A stretch of DNA of 64,000 nucleotides from Candidatus Spongiisociaceae bacterium (GCA_965219685.1 CBDCOH010000002.1:512001-576000), one strand, 5' to 3'. Positions 1 to 10,479 are shown, counted from the stretch's first letter. The notes: generated from the sequence alone by a model not told the origin. Program-made: numbers and translations.

Positions 1-269
1 CGCAGCATGTGCCGCACCCAGCCGAGTTGGTCACCGCGGGCCCGGCTGACCTTGGCTTGCGCGCGGACGAGGGCGGCTTCTGCTTTGGCGTCCTCCACAT
101 CGGCGTGGGTGTAGCCACCATCGGCTGCCATGTGCCGGGCCCGGTCGTAGACCCGCTGCCGTTCCCGCTGGTAGGGGCTCGCGAACAGGTCTGCGTCCGG
201 TCCTCCACTGTTGGCAGTGGTGGGCTGGACGGTTTCTTGGTCCGGATAGTCGAGTAGGTAATCGAACAT
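1..269 (-). CDS. Partial DUF222/HNH (13E12-repeat-like) protein, N-terminus; runs off window edge
   Basis: Own translation from ATG at 269: MFDYLLDYPDQETV...AEAALVRAQAKVSRARGDQLGWVRHML, open to base 1. An MFD start overlapping an SOS box is typical of actinobacterial DUF222 genes. Confidence 0.55.
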   Translation of the reverse strand, partial: MFDYLLDYPDQETVQPTTANSGGPDADLFASPYQRERQRVYDRARHMAADGGYTHADVEDAKAEAALVRAQAKVSRARGDQLGWVRHML

Positions 270-277
270 ATGTTCTT
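262..277. promoter_or_regulatory. LexA (SOS/Cheo) box
   Basis: TCGAAC-ATAT-GTTCTT matches the actinobacterial CGAAC-N4-GTTC consensus and overlaps the ATG at 269-267. Confidence 0.8.
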
Positions 278-299
278 ATCATACGATACCGGTGTGACA
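278..299 (-). promoter_or_regulatory. PafBC/RecA-NDp-like DNA-damage promoter
   Basis: Minus strand reads TGTCAC-N10-TATGAT, 8 nt before the ATG; resembles the TGTCGG-N10-TA-N3-T motif. Confidence 0.55.
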
Positions 300-829
300 T
301 AAACACCCGGGAACCATCCCAAACAGGTGCACACTCAAGGAAACGTTCCGCCTTCTCAGACCACACAGACCCAACGACCGGGGAGTGTCCAGCCGCGGCA
401 CATCCGAGAGAGACCGCCCGCGGAACACCGCCAACCCACCCAAGACCGCGAAAAACCGCCGACAACCACCACCCCTCCGGGCCCACCCCCACCCTGCCAA
501 GGACCCGAACACACCTCTCCTCACCCCTTCGGGCATGGGGGCCGGTGCCGGCGATCTGACCCTCGGGCGACCGAATGACGTCCCGTCCGGAACCACCCAG
601 GCGATTGATACCCCAATCATGCAGAACAGGTATGACACCTTCAACCCCCATGTGACCCGCCAGGCCCAGAGTGGCAAGAATCTCACAGCCACGCAGGTCC
701 TAGCCGATGTCAGCGCGGAAGGGCGATCGAGTACACCGGCGTACCGGGCAGAGAACGCCTCCGCGACGACGGTGTGGGAGCTAGTGCCTCCACCGGTATA
801 AGATCACGATCCAGAATCGTCTCGAACCG

Positions 830-1372
830 GTGGTCGATCCCATGGTCCTGCTCTTCTCGCTGCTCAGCCTGCTGGCGCTGGCGGCTGCCGTCGGCTTGGG
901 CGTATCGCTGGTCGGTCGCCGCTCTCGAGCGACCGCCTCCCTGGAACTGGGTCCGTATGCGTTGCCGGTGGCGGCGACGGTTGCCGCGGTCGCCACTCTC
1001 GGGTCGCTCTACCTGTCCGAAGTGGAGGGCTTCGTACCGTGCCTGCTGTGCTGGGTTCAGAGGGGCTTCATGTATCCGCTCGCCATCCTGCTCATAGCGG
1101 CCGCGTGGAGGCCCTTCCGCTGGGCGGCGCAGATCGCCCTGGCGCTGTCGACACTGGGTGGCCTGGTAGCTGTCTATCACTACGCGGAGCAGAGGGGATG
1201 GGTCGGCGGCTCCGAGCAGTTCTGCGACGCGGCGGCGCCCTGCACCTACGTGTGGGTTGAGCAATTCGGGTTCATGTCGATACCCTTCATGGCGTTCACC
1301 GGGTTCCTGCTCATCGCCCTGCTCGCGGGGCTCAAGATGCTCGGGCGCCCAGCACACGCAGATGGAACATAG
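830..1372 (+). CDS. dsbB: Disulfide bond formation protein B family (DsbB/BdbC)
   Basis: Multiple TM helices, PCLLCWVQR motif, second Cys pair (FCDAAAPC), FGFMSIPFMA. Confidence 0.9.
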   Translation: MVDPMVLLFSLLSLLALAAAVGLGVSLVGRRSRATASLELGPYALPVAATVAAVATLGSLYLSEVEGFVPCLLCWVQRGFMYPLAILLIAAAWRPFRWAAQIALALSTLGGLVAVYHYAEQRGWVGGSEQFCDAAAPCTYVWVEQFGFMSIPFMAFTGFLLIALLAGLKMLGRPAHADGT

Positions 1373-1382
1373 GAGCTAGTTC

Positions 1383-2105
1383 ATGGCAAGGACCGGCGGC
1401 AAACGTACCCAACCGCGGGCCCGCCCGTCGGCCCAACCCGCGCCCCAGAGGCCAACCCTCCCTACCGTGACGGAGGAGCCCTCCGGTCTCGGGAAGAGGA
1501 TCCTCCTGGTCGGCGCCGGATTGATCGCCTTGGCGGTGGTGGCGGTGGTCGGATTCACACTGGCGACCGAGGATCAGACCGCCACCGAGGAGGAGGCGTT
1601 CCTGCTCCCCGACGTCACGGTGAGCGGATCCATCCTCCCGCCCTACACCGGCACGGCCGAGGACGCGGGCGTCGGACTCACCATGCCGGAGATCCTCTCC
1701 ACCGACTTCTCGGGACTGCCTGCTTCCATAGAGAGGGACGGGATCCCGAAGATGATCCTTTTCCTTGCCCACTGGTGTCCGGCCTGTCAGCGAGAGGTAC
1801 CGGAGGTGCAAGCGTGGATCGACCAGAATGGCGTGCCCGCAGGCGTCGACTTCGTATCCGTCGCGACTTCCATCGACGAGATCCGGTCCAACTACCCGCC
1901 GGACGCTTGGCTCCGCCGGGAGGGGTGGACACCGCGGGTCGTCGTCGACAGTGCCACGAGCAGGATCGCCAACGCATACGGACTGAATGCTTTCCCGTAC
2001 TATGTCCTGGTAGACGGCTCCGGTACGGTGGTGCGGAGGATCGCCGGGGGGGTCGCCCCCGCGGTGGTCGGCTCCATGCTCGATGCCTTGGCCGCGGGCG
2101 GTTAG
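1383..2105 (+). CDS. Membrane-anchored TlpA/redoxin thiol-disulfide oxidoreductase
   Basis: N-terminal TM segment, FLAHWCPACQRE, cis-Pro AFPYYVLVD; follows dsbB. Confidence 0.88.
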   Translation: MARTGGKRTQPRARPSAQPAPQRPTLPTVTEEPSGLGKRILLVGAGLIALAVVAVVGFTLATEDQTATEEEAFLLPDVTVSGSILPPYTGTAEDAGVGLTMPEILSTDFSGLPASIERDGIPKMILFLAHWCPACQREVPEVQAWIDQNGVPAGVDFVSVATSIDEIRSNYPPDAWLRREGWTPRVVVDSATSRIANAYGLNAFPYYVLVDGSGTVVRRIAGGVAPAVVGSMLDALAAGG

Positions 2106-2107
2106 AG

Positions 2108-4081
2108 GTGCCCTCCCTGCCTCGCATCGATCAGGACGGGCACCGCCTGGCTGCCCACACCATCAGCGCTTTGGCGATGGATGCGGTCCAGAGGGCCAAC
2201 TCGGGCCATCCCGGAATGCCGATGGGTATGGCCGATCTGGCCACCGTTCTCTGGACCCGCCACCTGGTCGTGGATCCCGACCACCCCACCTGGCCGGACC
2301 GGGACCGTTTCGTCCTGTCCAACGGGCACGGCTCCATGCTCCTGTACGCGGTGCTGCATCTGTGCGGTTTCCCGATCACGATGGAGGATCTGATCAACTT
2401 CCGGCAGTGGGGGTCGCCGACCGCCGGCCATCCTGAGTACGAGCCCCACCTGGGCATCGAGATGACCACCGGACCGCTCGGGCAGGGGTTCGGAACCGCG
2501 GTCGGGATGGCGGTCGCCGAGGCCCATCTCAACTCGGTGTTCGGCGACGACCTGGTGAACCACCGGACCTGGGCCTTCGTCTCCGACGGAGACGTGATGG
2601 AGGGTATCTCGGCGGAGGCGGCGTCGCTGGCCGGCCATCTCGGTCTCGGAAAGCTCAACTACGTATACGACGACAACCGGATCTCGATCGACGGCCCGAC
2701 CGACCTCACCTTCAGCGAGAACGTGGCGGCCCGCTTCGAAGCGGTCGGCTGGCACACGGTCGCGATCGACGGGCACGATCCCGAGGCCATCGACGAGGCG
2801 TTCGACGAGGCGTGCACGGAGACAGAACGACCGTCCCTGATCATCGCCCGCACCCACATCGGCAAGGGTGCTCCCAGCAAGCAGGACACCTCCGCCGCGC
2901 ATGGCGCACCCCTAGGGACCGAGGAGATCGCCGGATGGCGACGGGGTGTCGGATGGCCCGGCGACGACTTCCACGTTCCCGACGGCGTCCGGGAGTTCTT
3001 CGCGAACGGGATGGAACGGGGGCGCCGCGCACACTCCGCCTGGAAGGAGAGATTCGGGTCTGCGACCGCGGAGAATCCTGAGACAGCCGGGCGCTGGTCT
3101 GCCTACCACGACCCCGGCCCGGTCGAGTTGGAGGGTCCCGGATTCGAGGTCGGTGCGGGGCTGGCCACCCGGCGGGCGATGGGCGCCATCTTCGACGAGA
3201 TCGGCCGGAAGGTGCCCGGCTTGATCGGCGGTTCGGCGGACCTCGTCGGGTCGACCAAGACGATCCTCTCGACGGGTGGGAGCTTCTCCAGGGAGAACCC
3301 TGCCGGGCGTAACATGTACTTCGGCGTGCGCGAGCACGCAATGGGGACGCTTGTCAACGGTATGGCCCTTCATGGGGGACTCCGCCCTTACGGGGCATCG
3401 TTCTTCGTCTTCAGTGACTACATGCGGCCCGCGATACGCCTCTCTGCGCTGATGGATATTCCCGCGATATGGGTCTTCACCCACGAGTCGGTCTTCCTCG
3501 GGGAGGACGGTCCCACGCACCAGCCCATCGAGCACCTGGCCTCGATGCGCGCGATGCCCAACATGTCCGTGTTCAGACCCGCAGATGCGGGTGAGATGGT
3601 CGAGGCGTGGCAGACGGTGCTGAACCAACGTTCGCCGGCCATCATCCTGGGTACCCGCCAGGGAATCCCCGTACTCGATCGATCAGGACGGGAGGGTGGT
3701 GTCGCTCGCGGCGCCTACGTTCTGCGGGACGGAACGGATGCGGTGGTGATAGCGACCGGGTCGGAGGTCTCCGTTGCCCTGGCGGCTGCCGCGGCGCTGG
3801 TGGACACCTATTCCGTCCGGGTGGTGAGCATGCCCTGCGTGGAGTTGTTCCTGGAGCAACCGGAGGACTACCGCCGGGAGGTCTTGGGAGAAGGCCTGCC
3901 GACCGCCACAGTCGAGGCCGCCGCAACCTACGGATGGTCACGTTTCGCCGGCCCCGACGGCCTCACCATCGGCATCGACCGCTTCGGGGCCTCGGCCCCG
4001 GCCGGCCGGATCGCCGAGGAGTTGGGTTTCACCGGTCCGGCGGTGGCCGAGCGCCTCGCCAACTGGCTCGAAGGCCCCTAG
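2108..4081 (+). CDS. tkt: Transketolase
   Basis: [48 protein letters not shown]. Start placed at GTG 2108, right after the tlpA stop. Confidence 0.97.
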   Translation: MPSLPRIDQDGHRLAAHTISALAMDAVQRANSGHPGMPMGMADLATVLWTRHLVVDPDHPTWPDRDRFVLSNGHGSMLLYAVLHLCGFPITMEDLINFRQWGSPTAGHPEYEPHLGIEMTTGPLGQGFGTAVGMAVAEAHLNSVFGDDLVNHRTWAFVSDGDVMEGISAEAASLAGHLGLGKLNYVYDDNRISIDGPTDLTFSENVAARFEAVGWHTVAIDGHDPEAIDEAFDEACTETERPSLIIARTHIGKGAPSKQDTSAAHGAPLGTEEIAGWRRGVGWPGDDFHVPDGVREFFANGMERGRRAHSAWKERFGSATAENPETAGRWSAYHDPGPVELEGPGFEVGAGLATRRAMGAIFDEIGRKVPGLIGGSADLVGSTKTILSTGGSFSRENPAGRNMYFGVREHAMGTLVNGMALHGGLRPYGASFFVFSDYMRPAIRLSALMDIPAIWVFTHESVFLGEDGPTHQPIEHLASMRAMPNMSVFRPADAGEMVEAWQTVLNQRSPAIILGTRQGIPVLDRSGREGGVARGAYVLRDGTDAVVIATGSEVSVALAAAAALVDTYSVRVVSMPCVELFLEQPEDYRREVLGEGLPTATVEAAATYGWSRFAGPDGLTIGIDRFGASAPAGRIAEELGFTGPAVAERLANWLEGP

Positions 4082-4127
4082 GTGTCAGGTAGTTCGTAGT
4101 ACCGGCACCATTCACCATTCACCACCA
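4079..4127. repeat. Short heptamer array pair (GT-rich arm, then CACCATT x3)
   Basis: ggtgtca ggtagtt cgtagt ... caccatt caccatt caccacc directly after the tkt stop. Confidence 0.6.
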
Positions 4128-4215
4128 GTCGGCCGGCACTCGCCGAGACTGTTGAACCTGCCGGGTACCGGTTGAATGCCGCTCAGCAGGCAGGTGCGCC
4201 GTAGAATCGGGCGAA

Positions 4216-5049
4216 GTGTCCACCGTAACCGCCAACCAAGCCCCCAGCCTGTCCGGATGGCGTACCTACCTGCGCAACCTGTGGCGCTGGCGCGAGTTCG
4301 GGTGGTTCCTGGCCATGGGGAACCTGGCAGCCCGCAACGCGTCGACCTCTCTAGGATTGTTCTGGTGGGTTTTGAACCCGTTGATCATGGCCGCCGTCTA
4401 CTTCCTCGTCTTCGGGGTCATCTTCGAAGGCAGGAGAGGCGACACCGACTTCGTCGCGTGGTTGCTGGCCGGCGTGTTCGTGTTCAACTACACGGCAACC
4501 GCCATGACCTCGGGAGCCAACAGCATCCTTGCCAACCGGCGGCTCCTGGTGAACATCCGCTTCCCCCGGCTGGTGCTCCCGATCTCGGCCATAATCGAGA
4601 CGGGCATCGGATTCGGTCTGTCGATGGTCGTCTATTACGTCATAGTCTGGCCCGCCAACGGGATCCTGCCGGGAGTCACGATCATCTGGCTGCCCTTCGC
4701 CATCGCGCTCCACACCGTCTTCAACCTCGGGCTGGCCGGCTGGACCGCCCGGCTGGCCATCCCCTTCAGGGACATCAACAACCTGATACCGCACCTGAAC
4801 AGGCTCTGGCTGTACCTGTCGCCGATCATCTGGCCGCTGAGCTTTCTGGATGACCAGGGGGAGTTGATCGGGCAACTTGCCCGGCTCAACCCGATGTTCG
4901 GGATACTCTCCTTCTACCGCTTGGCGTTGATGGGTCGGGAACTCGACGTGTTCGCGTTCGTCGTGGCCCTGGCGTGGGTGCTGCTGATCGGGGGAGGAGG
5001 GATCGTCAGCTTCGTGCGCCACGAGGGCAACATGGTGCGGCATCTATGA
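4216..5049 (+). CDS. Polysaccharide/teichoic acid ABC-2 exporter permease (Wzm/TagG)
   Basis: SLGLFWWVLNPL, FRDINNLIPHL, YLSPIIWPL, RLNPMF; about 6 TM helices. Confidence 0.9.
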   Translation: MSTVTANQAPSLSGWRTYLRNLWRWREFGWFLAMGNLAARNASTSLGLFWWVLNPLIMAAVYFLVFGVIFEGRRGDTDFVAWLLAGVFVFNYTATAMTSGANSILANRRLLVNIRFPRLVLPISAIIETGIGFGLSMVVYYVIVWPANGILPGVTIIWLPFAIALHTVFNLGLAGWTARLAIPFRDINNLIPHLNRLWLYLSPIIWPLSFLDDQGELIGQLARLNPMFGILSFYRLALMGRELDVFAFVVALAWVLLIGGGGIVSFVRHEGNMVRHL

Positions 5050-5789
5050 GTTCCTCGGCGGTCTCGGTCAGGGGAGTCGGCGTCATCTACCGGGCCTACG
5101 TGGACCGGGACTCGACCCTGCGCAGGGTGGTCGCCCGCCGGAGGCTGCGACACGTCACCGAGGTCGTCGCGCTCGACGATGTCTCGTTCGAGGTGCAGAG
5201 AGGCGAGACACTCGGGCTGGTGGGCGACAACGGAGCGGGCAAGAGCACATTGCTGCGGGTGGTGGCCCGCACCATGCGGCCGGACACGGGCACCGTCGAG
5301 ATCCGGGGGAAGACCTCCACCCTCCTTCAGCTCGGCGCCGGATTCAACAAGGAACTGTCGGGGCGGCGCAACGTATACCTGAGCGGCCTGGCGCACGGTC
5401 TGAGAAGGGCGGAGATCGAGCGGCTCTTCGCCGACATCGTCGACTACGCGGACCTGGGCGAGGCTATCGGCCGGCCGCTCAAGTCCTACTCATCGGGGAT
5501 GGTCTCCCGGTTGGCGTTCTCGATATCCATGCACCTGCTGCCGGACATCCTGCTTCTCGACGAGGTACTGGCGGTGGGGGACGCAGGCTTCAGGCAGAAA
5601 AGTCGGGAAGCGATGCGGGAGATGCTCGGCAGGGGAGGCACGGTCCTGGTCGCCAGCCACATCCTCGGCATGATGACCGAGACCTGCGACCGTGTGTTGT
5701 GGCTCGAGAAGGGGCGGGTCAGGGACCTGGGACCGGCAGGACCGGTAATCGAGACCTACAAGCGGGCTCTCCCGTCCCGGGCCGGCTGA
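5046..5789 (+). CDS. Polysaccharide ABC exporter ATPase (Wzt/TagH)
   Basis: Walker A GDNGAGKST, YSSGMVSRLAFS, LLLDEVLAVGD; ATGA overlap with the permease. Confidence 0.93.
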   Translation: MSSSAVSVRGVGVIYRAYVDRDSTLRRVVARRRLRHVTEVVALDDVSFEVQRGETLGLVGDNGAGKSTLLRVVARTMRPDTGTVEIRGKTSTLLQLGAGFNKELSGRRNVYLSGLAHGLRRAEIERLFADIVDYADLGEAIGRPLKSYSSGMVSRLAFSISMHLLPDILLLDEVLAVGDAGFRQKSREAMREMLGRGGTVLVASHILGMMTETCDRVLWLEKGRVRDLGPAGPVIETYKRALPSRAG

Positions 5790-5862
5790 GTGTCGACCGG
5801 CCGGACGGGCTCGGTGAGAACGTGGTCCTCAGCTGCTACGACCGGTCGACCATCCGCGACCG

Positions 5863-6837
5863 TCAGCGATCCGGACCGCTCCCGGCAGCCGGTCCGGGTT
5901 CCTGATGTGTCTCCTTCCGGGCGGATCCTCGAAGCGCTTTGCGGGTGGCGATGACCTCGGCTGTTGAGGTGGCGATCAGGTCCCTGGCGAGCAGCACCAG
6001 CCGGTAGCCGCCCAGCACCACCGCAGTACCCACCACCCCTTCCGCCTGGAGCACGGTGGCCATGCTGACCTCGAACACGCCGATCCCCTGGGGGGCGAAC
6101 GGGGCCAGGAAGCCGATTCCCCAGGTGAGCAGGAACCCACCGAGGACCAGGATCGTCCGGTAGGAGTCCGTGGCCGGGAACGCCCTGAGGTAGAGCAGGA
6201 AGGTCACGGCCGACCAACCCCAGAAGACCACGTTGACACCGAGAAGCCTCAGGTATCCCCTCCAGGTCAGGGAGAACTCGACGCCGCGGCGAGCCGCCAG
6301 CCAGGCCACCACCCTGCCTCCGATGGTGGGGGAGGTGGCCGCGATCAGTCCCACGGCCAGCAGGACCATCCAGGTCGCCCCTCCGGGTACTCCTCCGGAG
6401 AGGCCGAGGACGACGAGGCCGCAGATGAGCACGACGGTGAGGCTGGTGGCCATCTCGAGCACGGCTGTGGCGCTGAGCGGGCCGAGGGGCACCCCGGCTG
6501 AACGCAGCAAGCCCACCCGGCCCACCGCGAACCACACCGAACCCGGGACGTATCTGGCCAGCAGGGAACGGGACGTGGCGAGGGTGGCCTTCGCGAACAC
6601 CTGCGGGCGGGGAGCGCAGTATCCCTGCGTGCGGAGACCGACGACCCAGAACCAGCCGCCCACGAGGATCAGTCCGAAGCTGGCCACCAGCGCGGCGACT
6701 ATGAGGAGCGGTCGGGCGCCGTTCACGAGTTCGACCACCTCGGGCCATTCGGATCGGGCCACCCATGCGATCAGGATCACCAGCCCGACCAGGTAACCGA
6801 TCCGTATCACCTTCAGAAGTGGTTTGAGCCGCGTCAT
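5863..6837 (-). CDS. Lysylphosphatidylglycerol-synthase TM domain / flippase-like membrane protein (UPF0104)
   Basis: LARYVPGSVW, APQGIGVFE, GYRLVLLARD; start MTRLKP at 6837. Confidence 0.8.
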   Translation of the reverse strand: MTRLKPLLKVIRIGYLVGLVILIAWVARSEWPEVVELVNGARPLLIVAALVASFGLILVGGWFWVVGLRTQGYCAPRPQVFAKATLATSRSLLARYVPGSVWFAVGRVGLLRSAGVPLGPLSATAVLEMATSLTVVLICGLVVLGLSGGVPGGATWMVLLAVGLIAATSPTIGGRVVAWLAARRGVEFSLTWRGYLRLLGVNVVFWGWSAVTFLLYLRAFPATDSYRTILVLGGFLLTWGIGFLAPFAPQGIGVFEVSMATVLQAEGVVGTAVVLGGYRLVLLARDLIATSTAEVIATRKALRGSARKETHQEPGPAAGSGPDR

Positions 6838-7907
6838 GGACCGGCTCCGGCGATGGCGTCCAAAACCCGGTCGTTCTCGGCCAGGCGATCGCGGAGCGAG
6901 CCCCGCACCTCGGTGGCTCGCGACGTCACCCCGAGGGCGGCCTCGGCGGCCCTCACCATGCGGTCCGGTTCGGGTTCGAGCGGGTTCAGCAGCGGCGCCC
7001 AGCGGCCTCCCTCCGCGGCCAGCGAAGCCATCTTGGGGGAGTAGTCGAGCAGCACGGCCGGTCGCCCGTGCAGGAGGGCGGCGATGGCGCCGTGGTAACG
7101 CATGGTGATCACCAGCCGGCTCCGACCCACCTCCTCGATCACACTGTCGAGACCGGGCCTCACCAGTTCCACCTCGCAGCCGAGACGATCCGCAATCGAC
7201 CGGTGAACCGGCATGTCGCGGCTTGCCTGGAAGGTCACCATCCGTATGGACAACCCGGTCGCGTCCGCGACTGCCTCGAGCCCGCCCGCGAGGGCGGACG
7301 ACGTGGCCGGCGATGGCCGAGCGGCCTTGGACGCGGCGGTTCCGATCCCGCGGCGGTCGGGCGGCCTGAGGATCACGCACATCGTGTCCTCCGGAGCGAG
7401 GCCGTCCACCCGATCACCGATCACCGGGTCACTCCCGACGCCGACGTTCTCCAGGCCCCAGCCTCGAAGCCGGTCGGCCGAGTCGTGGTCACGCACCACG
7501 ATGAACCGCAAGCGGCGGAGGCTTCCCCGGGCGGTCGGGACCGCGAGCGGACCGCCGACCCTGCCCACCCCCAGACCGACCGCACATCCGGCCAGGTGGC
7601 GGGCCGAATGCAGCCTGGAAGCGTGGAAGGGTAGGTTCCATACCGATGTCTCGGTCTGGATCAACCCGCCGGTCACCACCACCCCGTGGGTCTCCCGCAG
7701 GGCGCGCCGTAGCTTCAGGTAGTCCAGGAGGGAGCGATGCGGAACCGCATCGACACCGTGGAGACGGGTGGTCTCGTCCGGATCGATCGAGATGGCGACC
7801 GGCTCAGCGCCCCGAGAGCGCAGGGAGCCAACCAGTGACCGGAGGATCAACTCGTCACCTAGGTTGTCCGAGCCGAACCAGCCGGCGATGGCTATGCGAG
7901 AGGCCAT
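6834..7907 (-). CDS. Polysaccharide pyruvyl transferase (CsaB-like)
   Basis: GWFGSDNLGDELIL, VVRDHDS, ITMRYHGAIAA, LDYSPK. Confidence 0.9.
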   Translation of the reverse strand: MASRIAIAGWFGSDNLGDELILRSLVGSLRSRGAEPVAISIDPDETTRLHGVDAVPHRSLLDYLKLRRALRETHGVVVTGGLIQTETSVWNLPFHASRLHSARHLAGCAVGLGVGRVGGPLAVPTARGSLRRLRFIVVRDHDSADRLRGWGLENVGVGSDPVIGDRVDGLAPEDTMCVILRPPDRRGIGTAASKAARPSPATSSALAGGLEAVADATGLSIRMVTFQASRDMPVHRSIADRLGCEVELVRPGLDSVIEEVGRSRLVITMRYHGAIAALLHGRPAVLLDYSPKMASLAAEGGRWAPLLNPLEPEPDRMVRAAEAALGVTSRATEVRGSLRDRLAENDRVLDAIAGAGP

Positions 7908-7915
7908 CGGGACGG

Positions 7916-8056
7916 CTACGTACTTTTCGGACGGGCTCGAAGCGATGATGCGGGGTGGAGCGCGGACGTCAACCGATCTCCCGGGAGTCCGAATCGAGCG
8001 CCTGCCAGGTGCCCAGCCTCGATGAACACGGGCAGGACGATGCTCACGTCTACCGC
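7916..8056 (-). pseudogene. Remnant of a GT2 glycosyltransferase N-terminus
   Basis: DVSIVLPVFIEAGHL resembles the GT2 start (SIVLPVYNE), but the frame ends within about 45 codons, just upstream of the pyruvyl transferase. Confidence 0.4.
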
Positions 8057-8171
8057 TGCGTTATGTGCCACGCCTGCGAGTTTGACCGCCCGAACGCTTC
8101 GCGGCAAGCCCGGAGCCGCGACAATGGGTAAGACTCGGTGATCATGGGTCGGGGGTCTCAGGGGAGATGTC

Positions 8172-8202
8172 TTGACCTTCGACCGGATCGAAGGGGTAAC
8201 TT
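8172..8202 (+). promoter_or_regulatory. MerR-type promoter/operator
   Basis: -35 TTGACC, 19-bp spacer, -10 TAACTT, with dyad CCTTCGA-N5-TCGAAGG between them. Confidence 0.85.
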
Positions 8203-8230
8203 CCGGGTGACGACTGTTGGGAGGCGGAAC

Positions 8231-8977
8231 GTGCTGATCGGCGAAGTTGCCCGCTCGACAGGCCTGACGGCGTCTGCGATCCGTTTCTACGAGCAGCACG
8301 GGATCGTCCCTCGAGCCCAGCGCAACGCGGAGGGATACCGGCGCTATCGCGAGAAGGATGTCGAGTTGCTGCGGTTCGTCCGCCGGCTGCGTGCCCTGAA
8401 CATTCCACTGGACGACGTTCGCGAGGTTGTAACGTTGCGCTCAGGCGGTCTTTCGCCCTGTCGCCCGATGAGGGACGCGATCACCAGGGAGGTCTCCCGT
8501 CTAAACCGGGAGATTCAGGAACTGGCACGTGTTCGAGACCAGCTCACGAACCTGCAGATCGCCGCCGACGGGATGGAGGACCACTGGCCCGATCACTGTG
8601 TATGCAGCCTCGTCGACTCCGACAGCCCGGAACATGCCACCGGATCCGCGGTCAGGATCACGCTCCAGTATTTCGAGGGTTGCCCCAACTGGGAGGTGAC
8701 CGATCGTCGACTGGCCGCCCTCGGAGTACCCGTCACGTACCAGCGGATCAAGACGCCCTCCGAGGCGTTGCAGCACGGCTTCCGGGGCTCGCCGACGGTC
8801 CTCGTGAACGGATCGGACCCCTTCGAAGCGCCCGGCGCGCCCATCGGTCTGACATGCCGCGTCTACCGGGGTCCATCCGGACCATCCGGAGCACCTTCGA
8901 TCGAGGACTTGGCAGAGGCGATCGACACGGCCAGGAAGGAGGCCCTGCGCAGGCCAACCGCCTCGCAATTCCGGTAG
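8231..8977 (+). CDS. MerR-family metal regulator fused to a thioredoxin-like (DUF2703-like) domain
   Basis: IGEVARSTGLTASAIRFYE..GYRRY HTH; Cys in LSPC and CVC; C-terminal YFEGCPNW..FRGSPTVLVNG..CRVY. Confidence 0.85.
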   Translation: MLIGEVARSTGLTASAIRFYEQHGIVPRAQRNAEGYRRYREKDVELLRFVRRLRALNIPLDDVREVVTLRSGGLSPCRPMRDAITREVSRLNREIQELARVRDQLTNLQIAADGMEDHWPDHCVCSLVDSDSPEHATGSAVRITLQYFEGCPNWEVTDRRLAALGVPVTYQRIKTPSEALQHGFRGSPTVLVNGSDPFEAPGAPIGLTCRVYRGPSGPSGAPSIEDLAEAIDTARKEALRRPTASQFR

Positions 8978-8993
8978 CGATAGGCTCCGGCCG

Positions 8994-10403
8994 GTGAGGG
9001 AAGGCGGTATTCGAGGCCGACTTCGACAGGACATGCCGGTCCGGGTCGCCGGAGGCGCGGCGGTCGCGGCTCTTCTGGCCGGCTCGTGGTGGGAACTGCT
9101 GTTCCTCCCCTTGGGCGCCAGTCACGATGGTCGGATCAACGCACGGTTCGGTCTGCACGTCCGGAACTTCCTGGAGCACGGGTTGGCGAACTCCGACTAC
9201 CTGGCGTCCATGGAGCCGTTCGCGACGACTCCGTACACCCATCACCCTCCCCTTCTCAACGTGCTCCACGCGGTGGTCGGATCGACGCTCGGGCAGGGCG
9301 AATGGCAATTGCACACCATCGGCTACCTGGCCGGCCTGGGAACCGTGGGCGGGCTCTTCTGGCTGGCTCGCGAACTCGACCTGGGGCCGTGGTCCTCGGT
9401 GGCGGCCGTGGCATTCGTGGCGTCGACTCCGATGTTCTGGATCTACGGGCGTCTGGGGCTCGGCATATCGATCGTGCTGCCGCTCCTGGCCCTCTGGCAG
9501 CGGTATCACAGGCTGGGTCGGGGATACCGGGCGCTTCTGATCGCCTCGGGTCTGGCAGCCTTCTCATCCTGGGTCGGGGCCGCCCTCGCTGTCCTCCTCT
9601 CCGGTATGAGCATGAGGGAAGGCGGGCGCCGGAAGGCAGGTGCGGCGGTGGGTGCGGTAGGTGTCTCCACCGCCCTGGCTGTTCTGGTCTGGGTGGCGTG
9701 GGCGGGCGATGTGACCGAGGTGGCGCAGCACACCCTGTCCCGGCTCCGATGGCCCTCGCTGTCGGCCCTATCGGACAACTATCTGTGGTTCTACCGGACG
9801 CTGTTTCCCTGGTGGTTCCGCTGGCTGATTCTCCCGGCGATCGCGATGGCCCTCATCGATCGCCGGACCCGGCCAGCCGCCGGCTCGATCACCGCGGCTC
9901 TCACGGTGTGGACGCTTATCACCCCCGACGCCGCCTATATTCACGACTTCTGGACGTATCCGCTCCTCCTTCCCGTATTCCTCGGCCTGGCGGTGATAGC
10001 GGATCACATGGAACGAAGGTTGGAGGGCAGGCGGATCGCGGTCGGGGCGGGCGTCGCCCTGGTGTTGCTGGTTGCGGTGGGCTTCGCCCGTCTTCCGCCT
10101 TACCGCGACGCCTACTTCCGGGCGCCGTCGGATGCCGGTGCTCTCGTCCGGGAGACGGGTCCGCCGCCCTGGCAGAGAACCGCCTGGTTGGCGGAGGGAG
10201 TGGACCCGATTCCGTACTGGGTGAGCTACTACTGGAATCTCCCCACCACCGAGGTAACCGTGGCTGACCTGGGCGTCATGGGAGAACACGACCTGGTCAT
10301 GGTCCGTCTCGACCGGTTGCCGTCCTGGGTGGGGTCGGTCCCGGATCCGGTGGCATCGAGGGGACGCTATGGCCTGGTGAGGGTCGCCGCACTGCCGCCG
10401 TAG
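8994..10403 (+). CDS. GT-C fold (ArnT/PMT-like) membrane glycosyltransferase
   Basis: LGASHDGRIN, YTHHPPLL, many TM helices; paralog of 40780..42396. Confidence 0.75.
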   Translation: MREGGIRGRLRQDMPVRVAGGAAVAALLAGSWWELLFLPLGASHDGRINARFGLHVRNFLEHGLANSDYLASMEPFATTPYTHHPPLLNVLHAVVGSTLGQGEWQLHTIGYLAGLGTVGGLFWLARELDLGPWSSVAAVAFVASTPMFWIYGRLGLGISIVLPLLALWQRYHRLGRGYRALLIASGLAAFSSWVGAALAVLLSGMSMREGGRRKAGAAVGAVGVSTALAVLVWVAWAGDVTEVAQHTLSRLRWPSLSALSDNYLWFYRTLFPWWFRWLILPAIAMALIDRRTRPAAGSITAALTVWTLITPDAAYIHDFWTYPLLLPVFLGLAVIADHMERRLEGRRIAVGAGVALVLLVAVGFARLPPYRDAYFRAPSDAGALVRETGPPPWQRTAWLAEGVDPIPYWVSYYWNLPTTEVTVADLGVMGEHDLVMVRLDRLPSWVGSVPDPVASRGRYGLVRVAALPP

Positions 10404-10479
10404 GAGTGAGGCTTATATGAAGATACTGTTATCATTCGGCGGATAGTGTAACGTATTGCATACAATGCTAGTGACTTCC

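Noticed and set aside
279-801. Overlapping ORFs upstream of dsbB
   Set aside because: Low-complexity, C-rich sequence with no recognisable domain; treated as intergenic.
1775-2107. Long N-terminal extensions in the ORF track (tkt, moeB from 29687, comA from 51596, wecB from 38459, flippase-like from 7380)
   Set aside because: They overlap real upstream genes and reflect stop-poor GC-rich frames; starts were trimmed to the homologous N-termini.
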